Shown here in pieces: positions 50,301 to 64,000 of a stretch of 64,000 nt of DNA. Origin of the DNA: Mytilus trossulus (taxonomy: Eukaryota); NCBI RefSeq assembly GCF_036588685.1, contig NW_026963290.1, positions 7,626,001 through 7,690,000 on the forward strand, given 5' to 3'. Each line of letters starts with the position of its first letter. Position 1 is the first letter of the stretch. Below the pieces are notes generated by a model that was not told the origin of the DNA, made no database searches, and saw only the letters and a program-made list of their open reading frames with translations. The translations under genes were made by a program, and so were the position numbers.

Positions 50301-51754
50301 GGTTGTAAGATGAATGAATATTTACAAGTACAGCATATTAAATCCGATGCATGTAATTTACATGACTTAGAAATTCAAAAGATATTCGATGGGAAATATT
50401 CCAAATTGTTGTGTTTGATTCGTAATTCTGGATTTATTTCATCAGGAACGCATATAGCTTAAAGTTTGGAATCCATTGATGGGGAATTAAATGAATGGGA
50501 ACCTTAGTAAACATTCTACTGTTCCTGAGATCAAATTTGACTAAGGAATTTGTCTTATTTTTTTCTTAAAAATAATTACAAAAGTAATCAACTGAAAATC
50601 AATTAAGTTTAACATCATTAAATAGTTTGGATCCGTGTTGTTTATTCTTTAATGTTCTGTCTTGTGTCATTTGTACTATTGTTTGTCTATTTGTCTTTTT
50701 CATTTTTAGCCATGGCGTTGTCAGTTTGTTTTAGATGTATGAGTTTGACTCTTCCTTTGGTATCTTTCGTCCCTCTTTTATGCATACAAGAATGTATTTT
50801 TTTTATCGTCCTTTTTTTTTTTTACATATTATAATATCAAGCAAGGTATTGAATACAATTTAACATATAAAGGACATGTATCAAACAACTATTTATTCAT
50901 CCCTTTTTCTCGGATGAAATATCTTTATTTTTGTTTTAAATGCAATTCATTGTCTCTATTGTTCGTTGTTTACCTCTTATAGTTGACGTGACTCTTGAGT
51001 GGTGGTCTGTTTTCCAGATCCGTGTGTCTCAATCGATTGATGACTTTTGAACAGGGTATACTACTGCTGCCTTTATTCATTTGTTAACGCATTGTTCTTT
51101 TAGCGGAATAAATCACCATCCTTGTTTATTTTTGCCAGAATGAAAGTAATTTATATTGAACTAAAACAAGGAGGAGAGAGGACAAACTGTGCATGATAAA
51201 AAAAAATCTATGTATAATAAAGGCCTAGGGTAAGAGACAATAGCGTTTGTATGTTTTTGAACCAGTTAGTATAAAATCATCGATGTTATAATACTTATAA
51301 CCCCTAGTTTTTGGTGGGTTCGTGTTGTTTATTCTATAGTTTTCTATGTTGTGTCGTGTGTACTATTGTTTGTCTGTTTGTCTTTTTCATTTTTAGCCAT
51401 GGCGTTGTCAGTTAATTTAGATTTATGAATTTGACTGTCTCTTTGGTATCTTTCGTCCCTCTTTTAGAACTCCAGGTTCACTGTTTGTCTCTACAAGACT
51501 TATTAAAACAGTTGCAATGCAATATCGAGTCTTGATTTCAAAACATGTGTTTTGTTTACTATTTGTATCTTGATTGGTGTTTTTGGCCATGTCATTGTCA
51601 GTAGTCTACATTTGTTAAGACTTGATATAAAATGTCAATCATTCAAATTAGAAATGAATAGCAAAATCAGTGCTAATCAATTATACTCAAATGATTAATG
51701 CCACTATAGGAAAAGGCATGAAAATGCTTTCAAAGTCTACAAATCCTAAAATGT

Positions 51755-51885
51755 AAAATCACAAAAATTCTAAACACCGAGTAAAATTCAAAACGGAAAG
51801 TCCCTAAACAAAATGAAAAGCTCAAACACATCAGACAAATGGATAACAGTTGTCATATTCCTAAAATGGAACCGGCATTTTCTTT
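51755..51885 (+). mobile_element. Short interspersed repeat family D
   Basis: aaaattcaaaacggaaagtccctaa...aaaagctcaaacacatca...ggataacagttgtcatattcct. Copies at ~20905-20960, 32725-32830(-), 40370-40480(-), 44465-44690(-), 53450-53610, 58830-58925(-) and 61730-61820(-). Confidence 0.75.
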
Positions 51886-54800
51886 AACAGATTACTATAA
51901 TATATTGGAGTTTTTACCCTTGAACAAAATACTTGCATCAGTGACGTGCATTGGGATGCTTATGTATTGGCCTATGTAAAGTTTTATTATCAAATATGTT
52001 TTAGAATTACTTCATTAATAAAAATAACTCCGATACGCATCAATTACTATGACCGTCTATCATATTTCTGAACAGCTTGAAAGTAGTCCAAAACTGGCTT
52101 AAAGTATGTTGATGTATTGGTAGGCGAAATCTGGTACCTGTTTGTATATTTTGCATTAAAAAATTGATAAAAAAAAGGTATATCAAACTTTTCGGACAGA
52201 TTTTTCATATGTTATTCAATTAACCTCGTTATTATTCATACCTTTCCTTGTTAAATGTTACTTAAGATGTTGGAAATAAAAAAAATATTTTGTCGACGTT
52301 AAATGTAATTGCATTTATGGTACATTTACTATTCTCCAAAAGACCATATTCTATTTAAGTTGATAGATCATCATCTCAGTATGACCTCTTTTAATTTACC
52401 TTTCCTGACGACATCGGGCCCTCAGTACAGTCATACCTCTAGCTAAGATAGGATTATATGGACAAACTATAATTTCGTTTCTTCTTTGTGACGATTTATT
52501 AACTACAAATTACTTCTTAAAAAAAGGTTCTAAATAAAATATATTTTCATCAAATTTAGTCCTTTTTTCTCTCTATAGAGGACATTTTCAAGACAGAAGA
52601 TCAGAAAACAAAAGTGCAATATAAACATAGATACAATTAATTAGATGTAAAATGCAAACAAACAGAAATTTATTTAATATGTGTTCTACTCGTTATGGTA
52701 TGGTATGATCAAATATCAAATCCTGAATTCTTTCTTGTAAAATAAACATACTTTGTGGAATGCTTTTTTGTAAATCGATCTTGCACATGGACTCGGGGAA
52801 GAGTGGTAAATAAGATGATTAACATTATTATCATTCGCACCACTTTTACAACATGCATAAGCAAAGGGTCAATTTCGATAAGAAAAAGTTTAAAACATAC
52901 TCGATATTTGAGATGTCTGAACAGGAAACGAGTAGTTTATAAGTTGTTTTTGTTTAAGTAAAAGTTTATTGTCAAACCATGGTGCGGCTGAATATTGTCG
53001 TTTTGATGACAAGCTATGGTTGTTAATGAAACATTAGAACTGAGGCATTACACATAATTCTTAATAACAATATTCACCATGATTATCAAGTTAGATTGAT
53101 TTAAGTGGTAAATTTGTTCAATTCACAGTTATCGAGACACAATCATAATACTAAAACCTTTATTTATCGTTAACATTTGTTTACTGATTAAAACTTAAAA
53201 GTCTCAAAGACATAAATTTTGGGAATTTTGAAAATGATGATATGGACTATTTTTGTATATTTAATACTCAATATAGCAAAATTTGTATCAAACCCGTATA
53301 TAAAGAGACATCTTTATTACTTTTAATAACTATTATTATATATATGATTAAATATATTAACACCACACTGTTATCGATTTCAACTTTATCAAAATGACTA
53401 ACCCATGTCGACAGTAGTTTACCTATGCAGGTATAGGGAATATACCAAATAACAAAAATACCAAACTACGAGAAAAATTTGAAACACAAAGTCCCTAATC
53501 AAATGGCAAATTAAAACCTCGAGCACATCAAACAAATGGAGAACAACTGTCATATTTCTGAATTGGTAAAGACATTTTCTTCTGTAGAATTCGATAGATT
53601 AAACCTGGTTGAATTCAGAAAATGACATTATTCGAAGCTCGACATTCCGGAAGAAGTGTATCTAATACATCAATACAACATAGGACTGGATCAAAGCAAT
53701 GCTCAGGCAATCAATAACCATGCACATTAAAACAATACGATATAAGCAAAACGAATCACATGATTGCTGAGTCTGTCATTAAATGCAACTGTACATACGT
53801 GCAAATCATCAAAGTTGTCTCAATTTTTATAATGCAATTATATTCAACTACAAAATTAAATTAAAGAAAACTTAAATCAAATGTTTGACTCATTAAAAAT
53901 CCATTTACCATAAAATAGAAATCAAATATTTAGGGCAAATAGAAATCATTAAGAATTTGTATTTTTGTCATAAAAGTACGTGGTTACAAAGAATTATACT
54001 GCACATCAAGCCTTTATACATTTATAAATCTATAATGATGCACTGATTTGCAGGATCAAAGCACGGTAGGAAATTAACAAAACGAATTACAATTATTTAC
54101 AGTGTACATATACATTTGTTATTAGTTGACAACCTTACCTACAAAATCAATTTTCAAACAAAAAGCAAAACCACACATGAATCTTTTATCCCCAAAATGA
54201 TCAAAGCATAGTAATAAGTAGAAAAAAAACTCAATCATAAAAAATCGTAATCAGTTTGATCGCTCATCTACAAATAAACTTTCCTTTTCATATTTATATT
54301 TCAAATTTCACCCCTGAGAATGTTTAATATAGCATTAAATAAACCTTTTAAAAAATCTCATAAAAATGATAGCCTTTTTCTTAAGTTATGAACAATTACT
54401 TTGATGAAATTGTCAAAAGAACCCAATTAAGTTCTAAAAAATATATCATTATTACAAAACCTGTAATGGCAACAAAATGTGAATTGTCATAAGCCTAAAG
54501 TCACAAACATTTGAAGACGCTTTACTTTTTCTCACAAACTTTGATTTTTAACATACCCAAAGAACGTACCATTGATGACATATTTTTTTTTTACAGATTT
54601 TAACACATTGTTAATAAACATTATATACATAACACATTTAATTTGCATTTTTATTGCGATATTTACCGTTTAAAAGTGGGTGTATTTCCTACAACGGAGG
54701 GTTATCATGATCGCTAAATCACATACTTTCAGTTTATCATTTTATTCTTCTTGATCTTAGATTGCATTGTCCAGTGGGCAACTCTAGCTTTTAAATAGTT

Positions 54801-57800
54801 GATTTAATGTTTGATTCCTACTACCCGACTGTACCAATTTAAATTTATTACATGAAAACCAGTCGTGCAGAGTGAAAATCAGTCAAACTCTGTGACGGAA
54901 TATTACTGTTTAGTTACTGATATGCGAAGTATAAATCCCATTTATTCAGGTATATCAATAAAACAAAAGACGGTATTAATGAAAGATGTCCAGTCTTTCA
55001 GTTCATAGGTAGTGAACACAAATCAATAAGGTGGTTGAAAAAAAGTTATATCTGTGACTATATACATTCAGCCTTAGGTTAAGACGAACCAGTCAATAAT
55101 TGTGCCAATCGTCGAGTTATAACAATGATTAATTTATACCATAAACACGTTTTATTGTTGATTTTAGTATTAAAGAAGCAATTTATTCCATCGCACTATT
55201 GCCGATTGGGTTTAGGTGGATTCTAGAATCAACACTTACAGAAGTGCACTCACGAAACCCTCTAGTGAGGAAAAAACCCTATCAGAAATCGATCGCAATC
55301 GACTTGGCTAAGTAGGTTGTGATCAATATTAATTCATCTTATGAAAAGATTTTACCACATGTTTAATTTCTAAACACATATTTGATTATTGGCTGTACAC
55401 TGCTGAAGATATTATGATAGTTACTGCCGGAAGTATTTTTGAATATGGGAGAAGGAATTGCCACCTGGATACCGGATGCATCTTTGTACTTGCTATGTAG
55501 ACTTATGACAAAGATTCGTTTGTGCATTAGGCTCGTGGATTTAGATTTGAAATTTTCTATTGTGTGTATTGTTTGTTCAGAACAAACATAGATTTGAAAC
55601 ACTGTTTACTATATATTCGTTTGATATGTTTGATATGTATACACCAAGATTACAGTTTACTTGCACAATGAGGTTGCAGTTTACAAACACTGAGCTAAGC
55701 TCACTTTAGTTGTTTTGCTTCCATATTAATCAATTTACTCCATATACCAATGCCTAAGTACTGATTAAATACCACTATGCTCCTTTTTATTCTATTATAT
55801 TTCATTCATGTACAATCTACGACGGATGCGACATGTGAAGCATGATCTGTTTACCCTTACGGAACACCTGAGATAACCCCCAGTTTTTGTGTGGGGTTCG
55901 TGTTTATTTTTCTATGTTGTGTATGTTTGTCGTTTTCATTTTCAGTCCAGGGCGTTGTCATTTTGTTTTTTATCTATGAGTTTGAATGTCCCTCTGGTAT
56001 CTTTCGTCCATCTTTTGTTTTCATCTAAAGGTTCTAAACTGTGTGCCTTGAATGTTGGTTCAGCCATTATTAAAGATATGAATACCACCAATTATTCAAA
56101 CCATTGGGTTTTGATTGAATCATTGAATAATGTTATAGATAATTTTTATCTTGACTGTAAACAATCAATAATTAAGTGCCAATGATAAATCAGAATGGAC
56201 AGTAATCTGTTAATAAGATTATTACCTGCCTAGCAACTATATTGACCACTCGATCTATTAAAATTATGGCATACATAACCATATGGTATTACCATTTTTA
56301 TCTTTTAAGACATTATAAAATTCATATCACATTTTTTACCATTACAATTATGTAGAAATGATTACGTATTTTTTGTAAAGTGTTCGGTATGCAACTAAAT
56401 CAACAGTAATAATGCAGCTGTGTCCGCTAAAAACAACATTGTGCAACATTGCTGGCATTAGAAGCGATTATTTGTTTTTATATTAAGATTCGCTAAACAA
56501 TAAAAAGATTGTTGCATACATATTGATAAATGTCATCACCCATAGAGTATTGATGTCAATATTCTATCTAGGACACTATTTATCGATATAAGTGATTGCA
56601 ATCTTTCTTATAATTAAACAACTTCTCTATTGTGAATGAGGCAGATTATGAATTGAATGAAAAAACGATATGATCAGTTTTGAACTTGTTAGAATTACCC
56701 AAGAATATTGTTTAAGGTAAATTGATATTACGTTTAGTTCTAACTTTGGTAAGTCATGGACGCATACTGACACTTATTTTCAGAGTTAAATACAACAATG
56801 CAGATTTTGGTCTTTTTTGGCAACTCTAGTTGCATAACTCTTTGTAATTCATTGATGATAACTATCAGTCGGGAAGAGAAAAAAAACTGCTACTTTTTTT
56901 AAAAAGTGAAGACTCGCTTTAAATAAATTTAAAAAAAATAAATTTATTCATAATATGAGAATAAAGAATTGCGATATGCTTGCTGGTGAGACCATTATCA
57001 TCAAAGACACAAACATGACATAGATGTAAACAGATAAAATAAACCGTACAACTTCAAATAAAGAGCAAAATTCATACTATGTATAGTTCGTTAAAGGAAC
57101 CCCAGCATGTAATGATATGAAACAATCTAAATGAGAAAGTCCTGAATATATCGCACTTACATGTATCATAAATAACGTTTTTGTCTTTTCTTTTTGTTGT
57201 TGTGAATAGAAGAAATTGAATATGTTCCGACATTGTCTAATATAAATTGAAAAATCTAAATTTTTGTCGCCTTTAATTCAACACAAAAATAAAAGTGAGA
57301 ACTTATATATTTCAATTCTCATTTTTCATTTAAAAACTACAAATAATGCTTAAGAAGATGTTTCCATTCCTATTTCTAATGTTATAAGATGTGTTGATTA
57401 CATATTCTACCTTAATTTCCGTTTAACGGAAACTTTGTAAGGTCTCACGAGATTAACTTCCTTGTAGACAACTATATCATTATTGGCATCCGTTGAAAGT
57501 CACATTTATATGTCTCTGTATTCCTGAGCTGCTTTGCACTGTAAATGAGAAAGATGAGGGTGGGGATTATTAATGTCAAGGTGACGATAATTACACGTTG
57601 TTTGAAATATGCTAGAAAATGTGATAAAAATTTAAAAAAAAGCACTTTCTAATTTCTTTTTACCTCTATGCGCTTTTCTGGTTTTATTTCAATCATGACC
57701 GCACACATAAGAGCCTAGATATGTAGGAACATAATTGTTGAAGAGCCTTAATAATTACCTAAAATAATCTTATAATAGCCAAATCAATCTAAGGTTAACT

Positions 57801-60800
57801 TTGCTTGAGGGAGTTGAAATCTTAGTTACTTTATATTTTCTAAACTAAACTGACAATTTAAGAAAAATTGGACTCTAATAAATGTTTTATGGAAAGTTAA
57901 AAAATGTTGTAATATCCAGTGTCCGAGAACTCATATGCGTTCTTTTCTAAATGTACGGTATATACACATAAATACAATATCCAGTCTTTCTGGTTATATT
58001 TATATAAAGTCCTGTCAATCGATCTTCAATTGAAGACCTGTTGGTGACCTTCTGCTGTTGTTTTTTATTTGGTCGGGTTGTTGTCTCTTTGACATATTCC
58101 CCACTTCCATTCTCAATTCTATCCAATGAATACGTTTACGAAGAAATGCATCAGTCATGATTTGGACACAGGCACTTTCCCCTAAAATGAGAATTTGGAA
58201 AACCTATTGAATAACAGCTAGCAAAACCTTCTACTAATATGACAGTAGCGCCAGGTCTATCGATACTGTATCAAACAATCATAAAAAGTCAAACAAACGT
58301 TGAGAGAACTCTTGTGATAATGAAGTCTATGTTTTATCGTGCCATGAGCATAATCGTATTACAAGTGAATTGAAACAAATGCAATACTGCTGACTGTACA
58401 TAAAGGTATGATGTAGGGGAAGGGATATAGTTTAAACAGCTACGTTTTAACTTTTTACTTTGGAATTTAAAGTTCAAAGTGTTGAATGGTTTAAATTAAA
58501 CTTTTTATAGACGTGTTATTGATATTTGACAAATTAGGTAGAAATTAATAGGATTAAAGTGCCTACCACAGTGAGAAGATTATCTTGATGGAGTGGTGAT
58601 TGATTGATGGTCTACTTACTTTAAGATATCTTGTCGCTGAGTGTATAATCGAATAGGAAGTATTTTAATGAGTTCGTCGACAAAACTTGAACCACTATAT
58701 TAAGAATAAAACTTAACGTTGCAAGGTAGAGTAGACTCGAAAAAGTGTGTCGACCGTTGTGAATACAAAATACAAAAATAAACACACAAAATTGTTAGAC
58801 TGTTTTTAATTTGATAATTTCCTTTCGTTTTTGATGCGTTTTGTTATTTGATTTTGCCATGTGATTATGGACTTTCCTAATTGATTTTCCTCTGAGTTCA
58901 GTATTTTTGTGAATTTACTCTTTCAAAACTATTAAACTTCAAACTATCAAGATAATTTTGAGTTGATGAAAATTCATTGAAAATGATGACAAAAAAGGTG
59001 ACATGAAATACTGAAAGCACGACTAACATTAAAAAAACCTCTAGAATATAAAGCTCTCATGTTAACCTGGTACTGGTGGGCAAATATTTACATAGCTACG
59101 ATTACAAAAAGGAGGGTCAATATGTCTGTTTAAGTAGAAATTACTAATGTGTCCAGATATGTCAATTGATCTTGAATCAGTGGCTTTACAAATATGTTTT
59201 ATGGATATATTCATCAAAGTGTATAAGGTCAAGTCAATACCTGATTTTTGTTATCCATATGGTCAAAACTCTGGTTGTAACCTTAAATAATTAATACAAT
59301 CATACATGTAAATCAAAGATTATTGGGATTACAAATAGAAGCATTATAAAATATGAAAATCAAAATGGCCGAAAGAAAACTTAAAGAAAGTCTTAAACAA
59401 GATATGACTTTTATGTTTTATGATGCAAGCAGGGAAATTTACCTATGCATGTTGAGTGTATATTATTCATTATAAATGCCCCCTTATAAGTAAAATATAA
59501 ATCAGAAAAGTAATAAGATTGTCCACAATAAGGAAAATATATCACCTACACATCCCTTTTCAGATCGATATTGATTTCACAGGGCCATAATTATAAATCA
59601 TAAATCCAGAATAAAAACGTTTCCTCGGGCAAAAAATAAAATGCATCGACTAAACTGTTATCGTGATTGGGATGAAGTACATATAGTTTTCACATCTGTT
59701 GCACATGAGAAATATATATTGCTATAAAATGTTATGACAAACTATATCAGATATCAGATATAGATTCAAGGCATTACCACTTTGAAACATATGTACAGTT
59801 CGTTTGTTTGAACTAGCTATTATAGCACTGTTTGAACTATTCAATTATCAAAAGATTTTTCTTTTGTGTAGATAATGAATTGGTCGTGCAATGTGCTGTT
59901 ACACCACTGTCCCAATTACCAATTAAGGGAATACTGAAAGAGTTGAACGCACGAACACATCGTAACTCCCGGGACATTCTGTTTATGCCAGTCCCAAGTT
60001 GGGAGGCTGTAATTCATTGATTGTCTACGTTCGCCTACTGTCATTTTTATTTTAGTTATTGTCTTGTACATAAATAAGGTTCTTGGTTTTTCGTTTGAAT
60101 TGTTTTACATTGTGTAATGTCGGGGCCTTTTATATCTTGCCATCCGAAATGGGTCAGGCTCATTGTTGAAGTTCATACAGTGAGCTATAGTTGCTGACAT
60201 CTTTGTCATTTGATCTCTAGGAGATATTTTTTTCAATTGCAATTATATCACATCTCTATAATTTTGGGATTGGTTCTTGTTAGTCATATAAGTTTAAATT
60301 AATTAATCAAAAAACAACTCTTTTCAAAAGGTATAAATCGATTTCTCCAACTAATGATTTAACTGTTTCGGATCGTTTCTTCTTTCGTGTTTTGAACAGC
60401 GGTATACTACTGTTGCCTTTATGTGTTACCGTTTTATGTGTGTATGTGTATTATTCTTTTTATTAATTTGTAATAAAAAGAGAAAGACTAGATATGATTG
60501 TGAGGAAGCTTGCTCGCGAAAATTTATTTTTGTGCAAAATATTTTATGTTAGTGATATTAAGAATGTCATCATAAAATATGGAATTTCCCAGTTATTCTA
60601 TAATAGAACTATTTTTTTGTAAATTGCGGAGTTTATTATATATTAATCTATTAGTCACACAGATTGAATCATTACACTTATTAGTTGCACAATAATAGTT
60701 ATAGGTTTCTGTGATTAGTTTAACGGACATCTGTTGCCAAAGGACCGACTTCATTACACAAATTTACTTTTGTAATTATAAATAATGGAGACCGATTAAT

Positions 60801-61244
60801 TCGTCTTGACATGTAGTTTGATGCAGTAAATGAACCAATTATCAGAGATTATTGCAGTGGTCAAGCCTTTAATAGTTGTAGATATAAATACTAAAGTGAG
60901 CTTTTATTTTTAACCAGCTCACTGATTACTCGGTGTAGATTAAAAAGGGGGAGAGGAAGATATCATGGGGACAATCAAAACTCTAAGTCAATGACGAAAC
61001 AAAACCCTCAATAGAAAACAGAAGTGGGTTATAATTTATCTCATACATTAAGAATTTTTAAGCATTTAACCAAGGGCAAATTATACTCTTATTTGAATAT
61101 TAGAAATACATTCTATCAATACCAACATTATGGTTTCATTTCAAATAGAATAATTATATATATTTTGAATACTATTAATGAAGACAAGTATGGTAGTGAC
61201 AAACTAACAAAGTAATGATATTTATATTTATCGTCTTTCTACAG

Positions 61245-61577
61245 GATGGGCTACGACACAATCACCAGAAAACAGGTTACAAGGACCAATATTCCTCTCA
61301 GAACCTCCTAGCTCTCTAGTTTTTGCAAATACCCATGGTGCTCTGGTTCCCTGTACGGCGTATGGAAAACCTGCACCTGCATTAGATTGGATAAAGGACG
61401 ATGGGTCTGCTGTGGATGATGTTCCTGGATTACTCAAAGTTCTCTCTAATAACACCCTGCAGTTCTATTCTTTTGATGATGCAAGCTTTCAGGACAACGT
61501 TCATACACAAACTTACCGATGTCTGGCCACGAACGTTGCTGGTTCCGTTATAAGTAGACCTATGCAAGTTAAATCAG
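61245..61577 (+). CDS. Dscam: Dscam (Down syndrome cell adhesion molecule) exon encoding Ig domain 1; gene continues beyond window
   Basis: Acceptor tctttctacag| and donor tcag|gtaagt bound a 333-nt exon, phase 1-1. Translation: WATTQSPENRLQGPIFLSEPPSSLVFANTHGALVPCTAYGKPAPALDWIKDDGSAVDDVPGLLKVLSNNTLQFYSFDDASFQDNVHTQTYRCLATNVAGSVISRPMQVKS. This matches the Dscam Ig1 signature GP.F..EPP....F.N..G..V.C.A.G.P.P.L.W...DG..V..VPGL..VL.N.TL....F......VH...YRC.A.N..GS..SR. Confidence 0.92.
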
Positions 61578-64000
61578 GTAAGTAAAGAAAAGAAAACATT
61601 TCTATTCCTGACTACCTTTCATTTCAAATATAGTTAATGCATTCTGTTTACCCTGTTGACATCGGTATAGAAAATACATATATGCATACATTTTTATCAT
61701 AAAAAAGGGCATGTAGAAACTCATGAGTATGTCAGCTGTTTTCCATTCGATTAATGTGTTTTTTTGCCATCTGTTAACGGACTTTCCGTTTTGAGTTTTC
61801 CTTCGATTTCAGTATTTGTGTTACCTACGTTTGAAGCTTAATAGATTAATCGGACCTTTGATATGTCTTGCAAATTTGCCCACACACACCATGCTGGTCT
61901 ACTTTTGTGACGGTTACCCTTTTCTTGATAACAGACAACAATGCTATTGCTATTAGATGATTACATTCAACGTATTGTTGAAAATGAATATGCTAGTATT
62001 GATTTACACTAAAAAATATGCTTATTTTATTTTGAATTTAAAAGCAACATCAATTTGACATATTTATAGCCTCCAGTGAAGAAAAAGATGTTATGGATAT
62101 AATTAATCGTGACAGAAATATCTAATTTTGCATTATCTAAAAAAAAAATCTTTATAAAAAAAACCTGTTGTTTTTTAAATTGAAAATGAATTCGGTCGAT
62201 TCGAAAGCACATTGAATAACAAGATTTATTAAGTACATTTTATAGTATAAAATCAAACATCTGTTAAAAGTTTTTCCTTGATACATGGAAGCAAAATTTT
62301 TTTTTTTTTTAATATGGCACTAACAAAACAATAAAAGTCTGAAATGAGAACGAAAAAATAAACCGGAGATTGACTTTACGTAATACATGGTAAATGCATG
62401 TAACCTTACCAAACAATAAATCTTTAAAAGGAGTTGGAGTGGGAAGTCCTACTGCTCAGCTCAGCTCACCCTGTGAAAAATGTAAATTATCTAGATTCGG
62501 TAGAATTTTATCAATTTGGCATTGTTTATTTAGTTCAATTTTAACTAATATGGTGCAGATGATTTTTATTTGACCTCATATAAAATACAATTTAACTTTA
62601 TTTCCTTTCGTTAGCAGAGCATAAAATTTAAACGTTTGAACTCATTATGATATACCAAAAATGATGTTGATCGTAATAGCCTACAACGATTTTCACCCTT
62701 TTCATTCCATATTAAAGAGATTTTTTAATGCAAAAGAGCAATAACATTTATTACATTAAGATTTGTGTGATTGCATGCATGTTATTTCTAATTGTTATTC
62801 TACTCTATTTCCTGTATGTAATGGATTTTTCTATTAAACACCATTTTGCTTTTTATTAGTAATGTTTTCTCAAGCCAGTTACACTTGCTTATGTTGTTCC
62901 TAATCTTTCAAACGTTTCCTGATAACAGTAAGAAAAACGAAAAGAAGTAAAATGCAAATTCCAATTATGTTTATATTTAATCTGTCCAACGATCCATCGC
63001 AAAATCTTGAACATGAAATTGTATCTGTACACTTTATTAAACACTATTTGCGAGTTGCATGTTGTGGTTTCGCTGATAGTGTTTCTGTGAATGTTATACA
63101 TTGTCTTAGTTTCTTTAATCTTGAACGGTTTAATGGATTAAGTATGTTTTACATTAATGACATATGATCATTTTAACTGACACGTGTCATAACGGAAACT
63201 GTTAGAACTTGAATTACTTAATGCGAGTTTTTCGCTTCCGGTTTTTTCGGAGTAAAACGCTACTGAAAATTTATTGCTCAGTTTGTTTGAAGTATTGATT
63301 GATAGTTCGTATTTCAAATTACGATTAATATATTGAAGTTCACAATTTTCCTCTCATTTCATCATAATTGTATGAATATTTACATAATTTTATTTCCAAT
63401 GCAATTTTGACATTGACAGAAAATTCTAATAAATCCCTCACAGGAAACTGGTTTTTGAAAAAACACACAATCGATGTCGTAGCAACATTAATTAAATGAG
63501 TTATTAGTTAGTGGAGGTAATTCTAATATTTAAGTACCTTAGCTAAGTACTCATTTTATTCATTATTGTTTTCATAATTCAGTCTCATTTTCTGTTACGA
63601 AATAAACCCATTAAATCTTGATAAACTATGTAAATTGCACACGGCGTTGACTGGTACAAAGAATCAAAGGAATTCAGAATGAGTATTGTGGTAATTCCTG
63701 TTATGGTATAAAAAATCGGTTTAATCATAAAAAAATTAAAACTTAGCTTGAAGATTTTTTTTATCGTGTACCTCTGTTCTTTGACGGTTTGAATATATAA
63801 AATTAAATTAAATCATCATAAGAGCATGAAGATATAAAGTATGTTTGTTTGCATTCTTCTGTGTTGATATCTAGTTTTTCTAGTTGGGTTAAAGACATAC
63901 AGTACATTTTAAACCGATAAAGATTCAAAGTTTATCTTGAGTTAATTCAGAAACTTGATGAACCAGGGTATATCAAAGAACGTCTCGTCTTTTTTCTAAA

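Noticed and set aside
47354-61244. Array of alternative Dscam Ig or first exons in the long intron
   Set aside because: I found no second Ig-like exon and no other convincing ATG-hydrophobic-phase-1-donor exon; very short exons could have been missed by eye.
61228-61455. 75-aa minus-strand ORF from the ORF track
   Set aside because: It is the antisense shadow of the Dscam Ig1 exon on the + strand.

Overview
This is an AT-rich eukaryotic (animal) window. The interspersed repeat families and gene content suggest a bivalve mollusc, most likely a mytilid mussel (inference). No ORF in the supplied track looks like an intact gene as called. The only intact protein-coding sequence I can support is the 5' end of a Dscam gene on the + strand: a signal-peptide exon (47296-47353) spliced in phase across a ~13.9 kb intron to an Ig1 exon (61245-61577). 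Upstream, manual frame-jumping translation of the + strand reveals a tandem array of about six heavily decayed Toll-like receptor (LRR-LRRCT-TM-TIR) pseudogenes between ~15.4 and ~40.4 kb, riddled with nested transposons. The first ~8.7 kb is CpG-poor and looks like the last intron(s) and long 3' UTR of another gene. The rest is mobile DNA: MITEs with clear TIR/TSD signatures (Harbinger-, Kolobok-, MULE- and Tc1/pogo-type), CR1/L2-type and Penelope-like RT remnants, SINE-like families, several minimal type I hammerhead ribozyme motifs, and a 67-bp satellite with a 603-bp higher-order duplication. All pseudogene readings were done by eye through frameshifts and need confirming by alignment.
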